Shown here: positions 17,230 through 26,658 of the stretch, piece by piece
Layout of the letters: each line of letters opens with the position of its first letter
Numbering within the stretch: the first letter of the stretch is position 1
Virus record (IMG/VR): IMGVR_UViG_3300036852_000134
Span: 18,865-82,864 of that record
DNA from: a virus
Direction: 5' to 3' (one strand)
Length of the DNA: 64,000 nucleotides
The notes under the pieces: model-generated
Told to the model about the DNA's origin: nothing
Database searches by the model: none
The model's input: only the letters and a program-made list of their open reading frames with translations
Program-made: the position numbers and the translations under genes

Positions 17230-17763
17230 TCAATCCTCCTCCTTGTTGAGCGCTCGCGCCTCGACACGACAGGGCCGGGCTGTAATGTGACACCTGACGT
17301 GCCCAACCCCGATGAAGTCCTGGATCTTGCTACCCACCGTGTCCGGAACTCCGGCTTGGGCGCAGGCGATGGTGGCGTCCTTGGCGTTGTCGATGCCGAG
17401 GTAGCGGTCGCCGAAGTGGAAGGCGACCTCGGCCTGCCAGGCGAGTAGAGCTCTACCCTTGGCGCTCTCCTCGGTTTGGGCCGCGCCTCCGGTGGCGGAG
17501 ATCAGGCGATGGCACGTCGGGTCGCTGGGGACCACGTAGCGATGGTGGCGCGCATGGTGCTTCCGCCAGCGCCAGCGATCGCAGCCCTCAGCACGATATC
17601 TTCCGCCGCAGAAGTAGTGCTTGTAATACAAGTCGTTTTTGTACCACTTGTAGGTGAATGGCTCCGGCTCCGAGGCTCCGGCCCGCAACGGCCACAACGC
17701 CCACGCCACCGCCACCACAAGGAAGGTGGCGAAAGTCCATCGGAACATTCTATCCTGCGTCAT
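17230..17763 (-). CDS. Exported Cys-rich hypothetical protein
   Basis: N-terminal TM/signal segment and several Cys. Confidence 0.6.
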   Translation of the reverse strand: MTQDRMFRWTFATFLVVAVAWALWPLRAGASEPEPFTYKWYKNDLYYKHYFCGGRYRAEGCDRWRWRKHHARHHRYVVPSDPTCHRLISATGGAAQTEESAKGRALLAWQAEVAFHFGDRYLGIDNAKDATIACAQAGVPDTVGSKIQDFIGVGHVRCHITARPCRVEARALNKEED

Positions 17764-17794
17764 GGCGCACCTTCGGTTTTGACGCGCACTCTGG

Positions 17795-18796
17795 TTATTC
17801 CGCAGCCTCTGTGATGGCGGCGAATAGATCAGCTGGTTTCGATTGCGTCTCGACTGATTTCAGATTGGCGACCGCCTGTCGAAAGTAGCTCGCTTTGAGT
17901 TCCGCACCGATCGCCTTTCGGCCCATCTCCACTGCGCAATAAGGCTCAGACCCGATGCCCGCGAATGGGCTGTAGACCGTATCGCCTGGATTGCTCCACA
18001 GATCGATGCAACGGCGGATTACGGTGAGCTGCAGTGGCGATATATGGCGCTCATCATCTTGCTCTCTCGCCATGCTGCGCGAGAGCACGTCGGACTGATT
18101 GATGTCGAGCCAAATGGGCTCTGCGTAGCGCTGCCAAACCGCGACAGAGTACCAGTTGTCGCCAGGATAGTTCTTGGTCTGCATCCGGCCCGTCTCCGTG
18201 ACCAACGGCCCGCTAGGCGCCGCCTCGCTCCCGTAGTAGGCGTCGAAGGCGCCGGCGATGGGCTCAGGGTTGTCGCCCGGCTTGCGCATCGTCACGATGT
18301 AGTCTGCGACCGCCATGCGGGAGAGCGCCGAGTCCTTGCAAACCTGCTTGTGCAAGAGGCCGATGGACTTGGAACGCTGCATCGCGGCAACCGGGTCTTT
18401 CCTGATGCAGACCTCGCTGTGGTATATCCAGCCCGCGGCCTGGAACGCGCGGATGATCTCGCCGCGGAAGTCCCGCAACCCAATGAACCCGTCGCGTGTT
18501 TTGGACGTGGGCAGCTGCATGCAGTGCGTCGAGCACAGCCGGCCCGGCATTGTCGCTCGGAACAGTTCCCGGATCAGGAATCCGTAGTGCTCCCAGAACG
18601 TCCCACTGTTCGTGCAATTCGACATATCGCGCGGATGGTCCGAGAACGTGTAGAGGCTCTCGAACGGGGGCGAGTAGACCGTGTAATGGAGCTTCCCATC
18701 GGGGAGCCCGCGCGTCACGTCCACACAATCCCCGTTGTAGAGAACGAAGTTCTTCCCGATGGCTTGGTCTACGATTTTAACGGAATGATATTCCAC
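17795..18796 (-). CDS. DNA N4-C/N6-A methyltransferase (beta class)
   Basis: GDCVD, SPPF catalytic motif, HISPLQL, VYSPFAGIGSE, GAELKASYF. Confidence 0.9.
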   Translation of the reverse strand: MEYHSVKIVDQAIGKNFVLYNGDCVDVTRGLPDGKLHYTVYSPPFESLYTFSDHPRDMSNCTNSGTFWEHYGFLIRELFRATMPGRLCSTHCMQLPTSKTRDGFIGLRDFRGEIIRAFQAAGWIYHSEVCIRKDPVAAMQRSKSIGLLHKQVCKDSALSRMAVADYIVTMRKPGDNPEPIAGAFDAYYGSEAAPSGPLVTETGRMQTKNYPGDNWYSVAVWQRYAEPIWLDINQSDVLSRSMAREQDDERHISPLQLTVIRRCIDLWSNPGDTVYSPFAGIGSEPYCAVEMGRKAIGAELKASYFRQAVANLKSVETQSKPADLFAAITEAAE

Positions 18797-19223
18797 GGCG
18801 CACCTCGCTCATACGATTGATCCTGCCGTCTGCTGTCATGTGGCAACGACGGCATAGGAACTTGATATTTTCCGGGTTGTTGTTTGCGGTATCGCCGTCG
18901 ACGTGATGTCGTTCCGGTCTCTTAGACGAACCACAGGACCCACACGGCTTCTTATCCGGGAACCATCTCAACGCTCGCGAACGCCCGCTGCGCTCACTCA
19001 CATCATCGCCTTTCCATTTATGGTGGCGATCCCGCGACTTGGCTTCGCCGATCTTTCTCAAGTGCTCCGGCGATTTTGGGCCGCGACCAAATGTTGAAAG
19101 CCTGCACTCCTGAGAGCAATATTGCGGTCCACGACGAGACGGCCGAACGTACCGTTCAAACGACCGGCCGCAGCACACACAGCTTCCGCTCCAATTTGGC
19201 GTGGCTTCGTGCTTCACAACCAT
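18777..19223 (-). CDS. HNH homing endonuclease
   Basis: CxxCG..F, YCSQEC, CGSCG, HHVDGDTANNNPENIKFLCRRCH. Confidence 0.85.
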   Translation of the reverse strand: MVVKHEATPNWSGSCVCCGRSFERYVRPSRRGPQYCSQECRLSTFGRGPKSPEHLRKIGEAKSRDRHHKWKGDDVSERSGRSRALRWFPDKKPCGSCGSSKRPERHHVDGDTANNNPENIKFLCRRCHMTADGRINRMSEVRRGISFR

Positions 19224-19711
19224 GCTGGCAACTCCATGCTGCGTTTCGGCTCATAGGTGGAAGTCGAGACACGCCCACCGCGAACTTCAACGCGGCACAG
19301 ATCGATCATGTGGGCTGCCATGGCTTCGGCCATGGCCTCGTACTTGCGCTCTTTGTCCTGGAGGTTCTTGACCACCGCGCCCTCGATTTCCGAGGCGACC
19401 ATGTAGACGTTGACCTCGCGGGCCTGCCCGAAGCGCCAGCAGCGGCGGACGGCTTGGAACACCCCCTCAAAGGAGTCGTTCAGCCCGCAGAACACCATTC
19501 TGTTGGCGACCTGCCAATTGAGACCGCGACCAAAAATCGAAACCTTTGTGATCATGATAGGAACGTCCGTCGTGCGCCATTCGCGCTCCTTGCGTATCTT
19601 GTCTTCGTGGCTGTCTGCGCCACGGATCGACACGCAACGCCCTTTAAATGCTTCCTCAAGAGCATCTTGCTCAGCGTTGAGGGTGCACCATATGACCCAC
19701 TTCTCACGCAT
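19214..19711 (-). CDS. SNF2-type helicase, C-terminal half
   Basis: KWVIWC.LN.EQD, ITKVSIFGRGLNWQ, FQAVRRCWRFGQ (motif VI). Confidence 0.85.
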   Translation of the reverse strand: MREKWVIWCTLNAEQDALEEAFKGRCVSIRGADSHEDKIRKEREWRTTDVPIMITKVSIFGRGLNWQVANRMVFCGLNDSFEGVFQAVRRCWRFGQAREVNVYMVASEIEGAVVKNLQDKERKYEAMAEAMAAHMIDLCRVEVRGGRVSTSTYEPKRSMELPAWL

Positions 19712-20162
19712 CCGCGTTCTCTCTTTCCTTGATGCGCCGAACAATGTCAGCCTTATCAAGATAAAGCGCAGCTTGCCGCAAGCGAGCAGCATCATCCTTG
19801 AAAGATCCAAGGGCTTGGTTGCATCTTAGGCACAGAATGCCGCGCACGGTATTTGTGGAGTGGCAATGGTCGATGACCGGGAAGACATTCGGGTCAGACA
19901 TGTCATCGTAACCGCATATTGCGCACTTGCCGCCCTGCTTGGTGAAGATTGCGTCGAACTCTTGCGTGCTAAGACCGTAGACGCGAGCTATTCTACGCCA
20001 TCTCAACCTACTTCTTATTATGTCTCGATTTTTCTTTCTCCACTCAGCATCTGTTGCTTTGCGACGATCATCGGTCGGATAACGCGAGCGTCTCCGTGAG
20101 ACAATGTCGTCTCTGTTTTGCCTATAGTATTCCCGCATGTACGGCGCTTTATCTATGGCCAT
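19704..20162 (-). CDS. Endonuclease VII-type homing endonuclease inserted in the helicase gene
   Basis: YGLS..EF...F.KQGGKCAIC, IDHCH...VRGILCLRCNQALG.FKD; AT-richer DNA. Confidence 0.9.
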   Translation of the reverse strand: MAIDKAPYMREYYRQNRDDIVSRRRSRYPTDDRRKATDAEWRKKNRDIIRSRLRWRRIARVYGLSTQEFDAIFTKQGGKCAICGYDDMSDPNVFPVIDHCHSTNTVRGILCLRCNQALGSFKDDAARLRQAALYLDKADIVRRIKERENADA

Positions 20163-21060
20163 CAATTATCCCTTTCACCGCTTCGACGCGTTCTTTTATT
20201 GTATCACGCCTTGCGCCTAATCGTTCAGAAAGCGTAGAAGCTTCCGTGGGGAAAAGCATTCCATTAACGTGCGTGTTCTCCACTTGGACCGTGACCTGGT
20301 GCATGGTGAGCGGCGGCAGATCGTATCCGGAATCTTCGTACCCAAGTTCGCGCGGATGCCGGATCATGACGGCCCATGACGCAACCCAGCGCCAGAAGTC
20401 ATCTTGGGCGTGGCCTTTGAGGCGCCATTCCTCCCCGTTCACATCAGCCCGCACGGCGCCGTCATGGACGAAGAACATCGCCAGCATTTCCTTGGCCGAC
20501 ATGACGCCAAGGAACTCGGCATGCTGGCCAAGTTCGGTCCAGTCGTTCGGCGCTGGCGTGGCGGAGCCGCACAGCAGATACGGAGTAGACCGGCAAGCCT
20601 CAGTCAGATCGCGCCGAGTCTTGCTGTCCTGGTCCTTGATGATGCCGCTTTCATCAAGGATGATGCCGGCGAACTTGGAGATATCGAACTTGTCGCGGCG
20701 GTCGTAGTTCGTGACGACGATAGGCGTCTTGGCGGCGCTCTGATCGGCCGCGTAGGCGACGCCCTTGATGCCGAACTTGGCGGCCTCATTGACGGTCTGC
20801 TCCGCGACCGCGAGCGGGGTGAACAGAAGGACTTGAGCCTTGGTGCGCCTGACGACCTGCTGCCCCCAGGCGAGTTCCATAATGGTCTTACCGAGCCCCG
20901 TGCCGGCAAAGATCGCGGCGCGCCCGCGGCGACAAGCCCAAGTCGTGATGTCTCGCTGGAACGGCTTCAACGCCGCCGGCAGCCTACCCGGATCAAAGCC
21001 GGACGGCGGCACTGCTACGACCTTGCGGGCAAGGAAGCCCTCATACTCGGTGTCAAGCAT
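20149..21060 (-). CDS. SNF2-type helicase, N-terminal half
   Basis: LKPFQ, AIFAGTGLGKT, ILDESG, SATPAPND. Confidence 0.9.
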   Translation of the reverse strand: MLDTEYEGFLARKVVAVPPSGFDPGRLPAALKPFQRDITTWACRRGRAAIFAGTGLGKTIMELAWGQQVVRRTKAQVLLFTPLAVAEQTVNEAAKFGIKGVAYAADQSAAKTPIVVTNYDRRDKFDISKFAGIILDESGIIKDQDSKTRRDLTEACRSTPYLLCGSATPAPNDWTELGQHAEFLGVMSAKEMLAMFFVHDGAVRADVNGEEWRLKGHAQDDFWRWVASWAVMIRHPRELGYEDSGYDLPPLTMHQVTVQVENTHVNGMLFPTEASTLSERLGARRDTIKERVEAVKGIIDGHR

Positions 21061-21248
21061 TACGCCGCCTCCCCCATCTTCCCAGCCTCAGATGCAGCAC
21101 GGGCGGAGGCCGCTTTGGCCATTTTCTGGCGCTTTAGGGTCCTCGCGGCCTTGATCGCGGCCGCCCGGCGGATCTGCGCCTTTGTTTTGATTGTAGGAAA
21201 CTTGACCCACGGGAAACGTTGTATGAGCACCGACAGCTTCTGGCTCAT
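21060..21248 (-). CDS. Small basic hypothetical protein
   Basis: Coupled on both sides. Confidence 0.55.
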   Translation of the reverse strand: MSQKLSVLIQRFPWVKFPTIKTKAQIRRAAAIKAARTLKRQKMAKAASARAASEAGKMGEAA

Positions 21249-21580
21249 GATACGCTCTCCGGCCCCAAATTCGGCTCTGGGAGCCTTTCGGCATTAGCGG
21301 CATCGGAGATGGCGGCGGAGGAGAGAACGGGCGCCACGGGCGAAATTTGGGGGGTTCCTGCGCGATCTAAGACGGCAGCCGACTGCTTGCACCCGGCGCT
21401 GGCTAAATCGACCACACAAGCTTCCACCCTGCTCAGGGTCTCGCCGATGCTGCGCCCGTGGGCGAATAGGCCCTTGATGTCCGTGGACTCCGCCATAAAG
21501 AGGCCGCACGCATGGCGCGTCACCTTCACGGTGAGCACGCGCTCCCAGCCTGCTGGCTCCTGTTCCTTCGCTTCGCTCAT
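21245..21580 (-). CDS. HicB-like (DUF1902-like) protein
   Basis: GLFMAESTDIKGLFAHGRSIGE. Confidence 0.6.
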   Translation of the reverse strand: MSEAKEQEPAGWERVLTVKVTRHACGLFMAESTDIKGLFAHGRSIGETLSRVEACVVDLASAGCKQSAAVLDRAGTPQISPVAPVLSSAAISDAANAERLPEPNLGPESVS

Positions 21581-21756
21581 CAGTGCAACCCCACGCTCAT
21601 CTTGACCTGCTCAGGCATGGCCTCGTGGATGAAGTTCAACCAGCGCTCGGCGTCTTCGGCTCTCCGCCGCTGCCGGCGAGCTTCTGCGAGAGCGGCATCC
21701 AGCCGTTGCTGGAGGTTCGCCACCATCGCGTCTCTCGGAGTTCTGAGCTTCGTCAT
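21580..21756 (-). CDS. Small coiled-coil hypothetical protein (MTKLRTPRD...)
   Basis: ATGA coupling. Confidence 0.55.
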   Translation of the reverse strand: MTKLRTPRDAMVANLQQRLDAALAEARRQRRRAEDAERWLNFIHEAMPEQVKMSVGLH

Positions 21757-22145
21757 GCCGCCACCAGCCTCTCTAACGAACGCTCGACTCTGTGCCGCGC
21801 GTGGGGCGAGGTCGGCTCGACCAGAATTTCCTCGGCAGCTTCCCGCAACTCGTCCCAGCGCCACGCCCATCCATTCGGTAATTCTCGATGGCGGTATCGG
21901 TAGCGCGGGCGCTTCCGAGGTGGTGCAAGCCGCGCAACGCGGTAGCCCTTGGCGTGCAGCCGCCGGAGTCTCGCTGCCATGGCCCAGCGGATCAGACTCA
22001 CAAGCGAGCGCCGCATCCACCCCAGGATCGCCAAGATCACGCTGGCGGCGAAGTTGATGGCGAGCACGAGCAGCGTGATCTTGAGCCAGAGCCCGAAGAA
22101 CGTCTCCCCATCGATGAGCAGGAAATGTTCGCCGACGTGGATCAT
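21753..22145 (-). CDS. Membrane hypothetical protein
   Basis: One long hydrophobic segment; coupled. Confidence 0.6.
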   Translation of the reverse strand: MIHVGEHFLLIDGETFFGLWLKITLLVLAINFAASVILAILGWMRRSLVSLIRWAMAARLRRLHAKGYRVARLAPPRKRPRYRYRHRELPNGWAWRWDELREAAEEILVEPTSPHARHRVERSLERLVAA

Positions 22146-22786
22146 CTCCCCAGCACCTCCGCCCGGAGTTTCTCGCGCTTGGCGAGCATGGAGGAGCCGA
22201 GACCCTGGAGCGCCTCGGCGAACGCCATCGGCTTGACGACCCCGTCAGCGTCGATCACTTCCCCGCGCAAGGTGGAGCGGTAGTCCTCGTCGAACTCGCG
22301 GGCGCTGCGCTTGCACTGGTCGATCTCGCGGCCGGTCGGCATCCGCCGGTTCTTCCGACAAAAGTTCCAGAGAGCCATGACCCAACAGGGATCGTCCTGG
22401 GCTGCCTGCCTACCCATGGCGGAGTGGACGAGTTCATGGGCGAGTTTCTGGCGCTCCTTGGACCAGTCGTCGCTGGCGTCCTCGCGGAGAGCTGGCAGGA
22501 CTTGCTGGCGCTCATCCGCCGCGACCCAGCGCTTGGCCTCTGCACAGAAAGCGGCGCATTCGCCCGGAGTAGGGGTGCTCCTGTCCTTGCTCGACGTGCT
22601 CTTGCGACTGCGCACCAGTTCTGTAAACGCGCGGTCAAGCACAGCCGGCGAGTAGCCGTCCAGCTCGCGGGTCATGATGGCCGACCAGGTTATCTCCTGG
22701 TCCTTGTCCCATTCCCGAAACGGCGGGTAGAGCTGAAGGCAGGTGTCCACGAAATCCGAGACTGAGTTGATGATCTTACTGCTCAT
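22142..22786 (-). CDS. Putative helicase loader (P-position replication protein)
   Basis: Directly follows the initiator; W...ELDGYS...L.RAF...TPTPGE pattern. Confidence 0.5.
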   Translation of the reverse strand: MSSKIINSVSDFVDTCLQLYPPFREWDKDQEITWSAIMTRELDGYSPAVLDRAFTELVRSRKSTSSKDRSTPTPGECAAFCAEAKRWVAADERQQVLPALREDASDDWSKERQKLAHELVHSAMGRQAAQDDPCWVMALWNFCRKNRRMPTGREIDQCKRSAREFDEDYRSTLRGEVIDADGVVKPMAFAEALQGLGSSMLAKREKLRAEVLGR

Positions 22787-23754
22787 GAGTGCCCGCTCCA
22801 CTTCTGCTTTTCGGCCCTGAGCTTTGCCTGAGCCTCTTCGACGTAGCCGCGGATGCGCTCCCGCCGGGTTGGTTGGGCGTCTTTGGCTGGCGCCGCAGCG
22901 CTCTTAGGCTCGGCCTTCATGCGCTGGGCGATCTTCGCCCAAGCCTGCAGAGGCTTGGCAACAAGGCCGCCGGTCACCAGATCGGTTTTCAGTTTGTGGT
23001 AACTCTGCGCGGTCACGTCCTGACCGAACGTTCGCACCGTACTCGCCAGCCACTGCCGAGCGTTGGCCTTCGTGGCGGGAGGTTCCAGCCACTGCTGGAT
23101 GTCGCCAATCATCAACTCAGCTGAGCCATTCAAGCCAGCCAGCTCGCCAGCAGGCTCATCGTTGGTTTCTGGGCGCAGACTGCTAGCTAGCCTTCTAGCT
23201 AGCTCTTCAGAAGTAATTATCTCCGAAGGAGATTCCTTATTCCCGTGCGAAGTTATATCCACGCGCGCAGGCGTATGCGCGGGCGCGTCTTGCGCAAGTT
23301 CGTCCGTAATTTCTACGGCAGCCACAGCCGTAATTTGCTCCTCTGATCCGTAGTCCTTACTGGCTTCGTCCGTAACTTTTACGGCTGGCGCCTCCGTAAT
23401 TGTTACGTTCTGTTCTTTGCGGAACTTGTTCGGATTGCGCTGGAGCAGATCAGTAAAAGTTACGGGCGTCTCCTTGAAGGCAGGAGATACCTCTATCGTC
23501 GTCACGCGACCAATTGTGATCCGCTTGACGATCACCCACCCCTGCTCGGACAGGTAGCGCTTCCATTTGTTGTAGGTCTTATCGGCGACGCCCTTGGTGT
23601 CCATGCCGACGAGCACCGCCAGTTCCTCGTTGGAGGTGGCTTTGAAGGCGACGGCATAGATCGCCAGCGCGCGGGCCTGGTACGGCACGGCGCTCTCCGA
23701 CATGCGGTAGAGCCATTCGGCTAGGGAGATGCGGAGTTCGTTGCTCTTGGTCAT
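22783..23754 (-). CDS. Replication initiator (O-like)
   Basis: N-terminal winged-HTH-like region, central low-complexity region with iterons, position in operon. Confidence 0.7.
   Translation of the reverse strand: MTKSNELRISLAEWLYRMSESAVPYQARALAIYAVAFKATSNEELAVLVGMDTKGVADKTYNKWKRYLSEQGWVIVKRITIGRVTTIEVSPAFKETPVTFTDLLQRNPNKFRKEQNVTITEAPAVKVTDEASKDYGSEEQITAVAAVEITDELAQDAPAHTPARVDITSHGNKESPSEIITSEELARRLASSLRPETNDEPAGELAGLNGSAELMIGDIQQWLEPPATKANARQWLASTVRTFGQDVTAQSYHKLKTDLVTGGLVAKPLQAWAKIAQRMKAEPKSAAAPAKDAQPTRRERIRGYVEEAQAKLRAEKQKWSGHS
23304..23466. repeat. Replication-origin iterons, consensus CCGTAA-N3-TTACGG
   Basis: Copies start at 23304, 23328, 23348, 23370, 23394 and ~23451 inside the initiator gene. 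Confidence 0.75.
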
Positions 23755-24212
23755 TTCGCACCACCCCATTCCTCTGGAGTGCGTGCGTACTTACTCCAAT
23801 TGCATCGCCCACAAGCTGGCGTCAGGTTCTCAACGTCATCGGTGCCACCTTGAGCATGGGGGATGACGTGGTCGATCTGGTAGCCGTTCCAAGCCGTACG
23901 GTCGAATGGGTTCAGCTGCTCGTTGCAGTAGGTGCAGAATCCGTTCGTCTTCTTCCAGACCTCCCAAGCGAACTGATCTGTTACCCTCCCCCGTTGTCCT
24001 ACTGCTGGCTGCTCCAATCCCAGGAGCGCAGCCATGCCAGAGCACTTCTCTTTCGCCTTGATGTCCCTGCTCTTGACGATGTCCAAAATCGCCGCCAGCT
24101 TTGCTTCGTCACCCTGTGGATTGTGCGGGGATATCTTGACTTCTGTGCGGCTTTCATATACCACGGCATCACCTTTGTATGGGTCGGACTTCGCAGGTCT
24201 ACTCATCACCAC
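23751..24212 (-). CDS. HNH endonuclease
   Basis: CTYC, IDHVIPHAQGGTDDVENLTPACGRCNWSK. Confidence 0.85.
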   Translation of the reverse strand: MVMSRPAKSDPYKGDAVVYESRTEVKISPHNPQGDEAKLAAILDIVKSRDIKAKEKCSGMAALLGLEQPAVGQRGRVTDQFAWEVWKKTNGFCTYCNEQLNPFDRTAWNGYQIDHVIPHAQGGTDDVENLTPACGRCNWSKYARTPEEWGGAK

Positions 24213-24281
24213 GCTCAGGCTGGCACCCCGAGCGACACTCTCCAGAAGGCTCCTACCGGCAAGTGGGAGCCTTCAATCATT

Positions 24282-24506
24282 TCAGGCCTCTCGATCCTCC
24301 CTATCCTCCCTCCTGGACCAGGCGAGCGCGTAGGCGCAGACGGCGACAATCCCGCAGCAGATGAGGTTGACGAGGCCCCACTTGAGATACTCCGGCCATA
24401 GGTCGAAGCCGGTGATGTCCCTGTAGGTGATGATGGCGACGGCGCCGTAGGTGGCGAGAAGGATGCCGCCTAGGAAGGCGATGTCCTTGAGGTGGCGGAG
24501 GGTCAT
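24282..24506 (-). CDS. Small two-TM membrane protein
   Basis: Two hydrophobic segments. Confidence 0.6.
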   Translation of the reverse strand: MTLRHLKDIAFLGGILLATYGAVAIITYRDITGFDLWPEYLKWGLVNLICCGIVAVCAYALAWSRREDREDREA

Positions 24507-24721
24507 GACGTGCCCCTGTGCGTGTCTACTGTGATGCAGGTCTCAGCACGCTCACGGAGCCACTGGGCGGTGGCGCGCGGGGAGCCTCTGCGATCATCCC
24601 GGCCATTGGCGAAGCCGTGCCGGTAGCTGTAGCTGCGGTTGGCGGACGGCTCCGGCGCGTCACGGTCGTACCCGTCCATGAACCCCTGCATCATCTCGTC
24701 TTCGGCCTCCTTGCGGGTCAT
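24503..24721 (-). CDS. Hypothetical protein
   Basis: GFMDG...NRSYSYRHGFANGRDD; coupled. Confidence 0.6.
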   Translation of the reverse strand: MTRKEAEDEMMQGFMDGYDRDAPEPSANRSYSYRHGFANGRDDRRGSPRATAQWLRERAETCITVDTHRGTS

Positions 24722-24812
24722 GACCTTCCCCTGATTTTGGCGACCAAGCTTCGGAGCCAGAATGCAAGCCGATCAAGATAGGGATCGAGGGGACGGGGCT
24801 TGAGGTAGTGGG

Positions 24813-25034
24813 TCATGCGGCCTGCTCCTGCGCTGGAGAGGCTTCCTCGGATGGCGTCGGATCCAGAAGGTCGGCTGCGCGCTCGAACTCCGCAGCCCTG
24901 TCTAAGTAGCCTGCTGCGTCGCTTCTGGCCTCAGCTACGCGCTGCCCCCACATCTCAGCGTCCCTATCCCTATCAACGGCCGCGCTGCGGAATGCGGCTG
25001 CTCTCTCCCTCAGATGCTTCGACGCTTGGTTCAT
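24813..25034 (-). CDS. Hypothetical protein
   Basis: AAAGGGAAAG RBS; helical ORF. Confidence 0.6.
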   Translation of the reverse strand: MNQASKHLRERAAAFRSAAVDRDRDAEMWGQRVAEARSDAAGYLDRAAEFERAADLLDPTPSEEASPAQEQAA

Positions 25035-25142
25035 TGTCTTTCCCTTTCGCTTCAGGCGTCAGTGGAGCGGAGATGGACGAAGGCGGGTGCTGCAAAGCCC
25101 TAAACACCGCCCTCTAGTGCCCATCTCCGCACCGCTGAAGCC

Positions 25143-25307
25143 TCAATTCGGCTTGACTTGATATTCTTCGGTCGAGCCGTCTGGATTGACTTTGAGGTGA
25201 CGACACTTCGGGCAACCGGCCTCTGCGGCTTGGACGGCTGCATCGCCTTCCAGGTCGCATTCTGGCGGCCCAGCACAGACGATTACTTCCGGTCTCTCGT
25301 TGTTCAT
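25143..25307 (-). CDS. 54-aa Cys-containing protein (MNNERPEVIVCAGPPECDLEG...GCPKC...)
   Basis: GGGGA RBS; four Cys; below the ORF-track cutoff. Confidence 0.5.
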   Translation of the reverse strand: MNNERPEVIVCAGPPECDLEGDAAVQAAEAGCPKCRHLKVNPDGSTEEYQVKPN

Positions 25308-25491
25308 TGGCGCTATCCCCGGCAGTGCCGGCTCAACTCCGTAGAGTTGAACCGGCTACCGTCCTTTGTGGTGAACACGGTGCTTACTCACACGCTACCT
25401 ACGGACCCCATTCTCATTCAGCCGGCACACTGGCGCGTCCGCACTCATCCAGACTAGGACCCGGCCAGCACCCATTGAGTGCGCCGGCAGA

Positions 25492-26598
25492 TCAGACCAG
25501 AGCGTGAAGGCCTCCATTCCTCCGCGGCGTGTAAGTGAGGGAGTTGGCGCGACCCTTGCGGTCGGCCTTCACCTTCCCCCTTCCCTTGAGCCTCTGGATG
25601 TCGCGAGAAACCTTGGCCTCTGAAACGCGCAGGGCGTCAGCGATGACCCTTTGGCTGGTCACGCTCGGGTTGGTTGCAAGGAACTCCTCGACGGAGGCGT
25701 ACTTGGGTTGCAGGGTCAATGGAACGGTAGGCCTCGGGGCGGGCGCCGGTACTCGCGGCGGATCGCTACTCACTTTGTGCAAAGGTTCCGGGGCTGCCTG
25801 CAACTGTGGGGGAGCCGCGATCTTTGCAGGGAGATCGACAACGTTTTCACCCCTCGGTGCAATCGTTGCAGGCTGCGATTTGTCTTTGCCGCCAGAGCCT
25901 TCCGGAGAGCCTGCAAGCTTCCGCCCGTTCGGGGCCGTCGGTTCCGGGTTCCATGAAAGCAAGAAGCCTGCACCGGGGAAGCCTATCATTTTCAGGAAGA
26001 TGATCAGGATTGCAAAGTAGGCCGAGCGGATCTGCTGGACCGTTTCAAGGCTCACTCCCAACTTCGATGCAATGATTTCAGCTCCGGCGTCGGGGGCGAC
26101 GATGACTTTCACCTCAGCATCGCGGAAGGATTTGATCGCCTCCTGCGAGCCGTAGATGAAATCCTCACGTGCCGCGCTCGTCTTTGCCTTGCCGGCAAAG
26201 GTTGCCATCTTGCCGACGCTGTCCCTTGCAAGCTTGTCGGCATCTGCGATGCGCTCATTGGTGGTGGCGCGCGTCTTGCTCGCTGAGATCGCCTCGGTTG
26301 CCTGGAAGCTGTAGACGGAGTTGGCGGACCAACCCGCGCTAGCCACTAGCGCTATCCCAAAGATGAAGGCCCAACCCCACCGGCGATTCCCAGCGCAGAC
26401 GCCGGCCGCGAGCCCGCAGAACAGCAAGCCCATCACGTCGATGGAGACAGAGCCGACGCTGTTGATGATCTTGCCGGCGACAGTCACGCCTTGGTGGCCG
26501 CCCTGGAACCAATTCGTCACACCAGTCAAGATCAGGAGGGCGATGCTGCCGGCCAGCACCCCCCAGCCGCAAATCCTGAATTTCAAAGTCTGCGACAT
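25492..26598 (-). CDS. Multi-pass membrane protein with C-terminal winged HTH
   Basis: Four TM segments, Pro-rich linker, SQRVIADALRVSEAKVSRDIQRLK. Confidence 0.75.
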   Translation of the reverse strand: MSQTLKFRICGWGVLAGSIALLILTGVTNWFQGGHQGVTVAGKIINSVGSVSIDVMGLLFCGLAAGVCAGNRRWGWAFIFGIALVASAGWSANSVYSFQATEAISASKTRATTNERIADADKLARDSVGKMATFAGKAKTSAAREDFIYGSQEAIKSFRDAEVKVIVAPDAGAEIIASKLGVSLETVQQIRSAYFAILIIFLKMIGFPGAGFLLSWNPEPTAPNGRKLAGSPEGSGGKDKSQPATIAPRGENVVDLPAKIAAPPQLQAAPEPLHKVSSDPPRVPAPAPRPTVPLTLQPKYASVEEFLATNPSVTSQRVIADALRVSEAKVSRDIQRLKGRGKVKADRKGRANSLTYTPRRNGGLHALV

Positions 26599-26658
26599 GC
26601 GCTGCACCTATGCTTGTTCTTGAACCTGTGGGGACGCAACGCACTCGACTTGGAAGGC

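Noticed and set aside
19704-20162. Group I intron or intein in the helicase
   Set aside because: No non-coding sequence is available for a ribozyme core, and the N-half has a stop codon, which excludes an intein.
21245-21580. HicAB toxin-antitoxin system
   Set aside because: Only HicB-like folds are present (also 41802..42059); no adjacent HicA was recognised.
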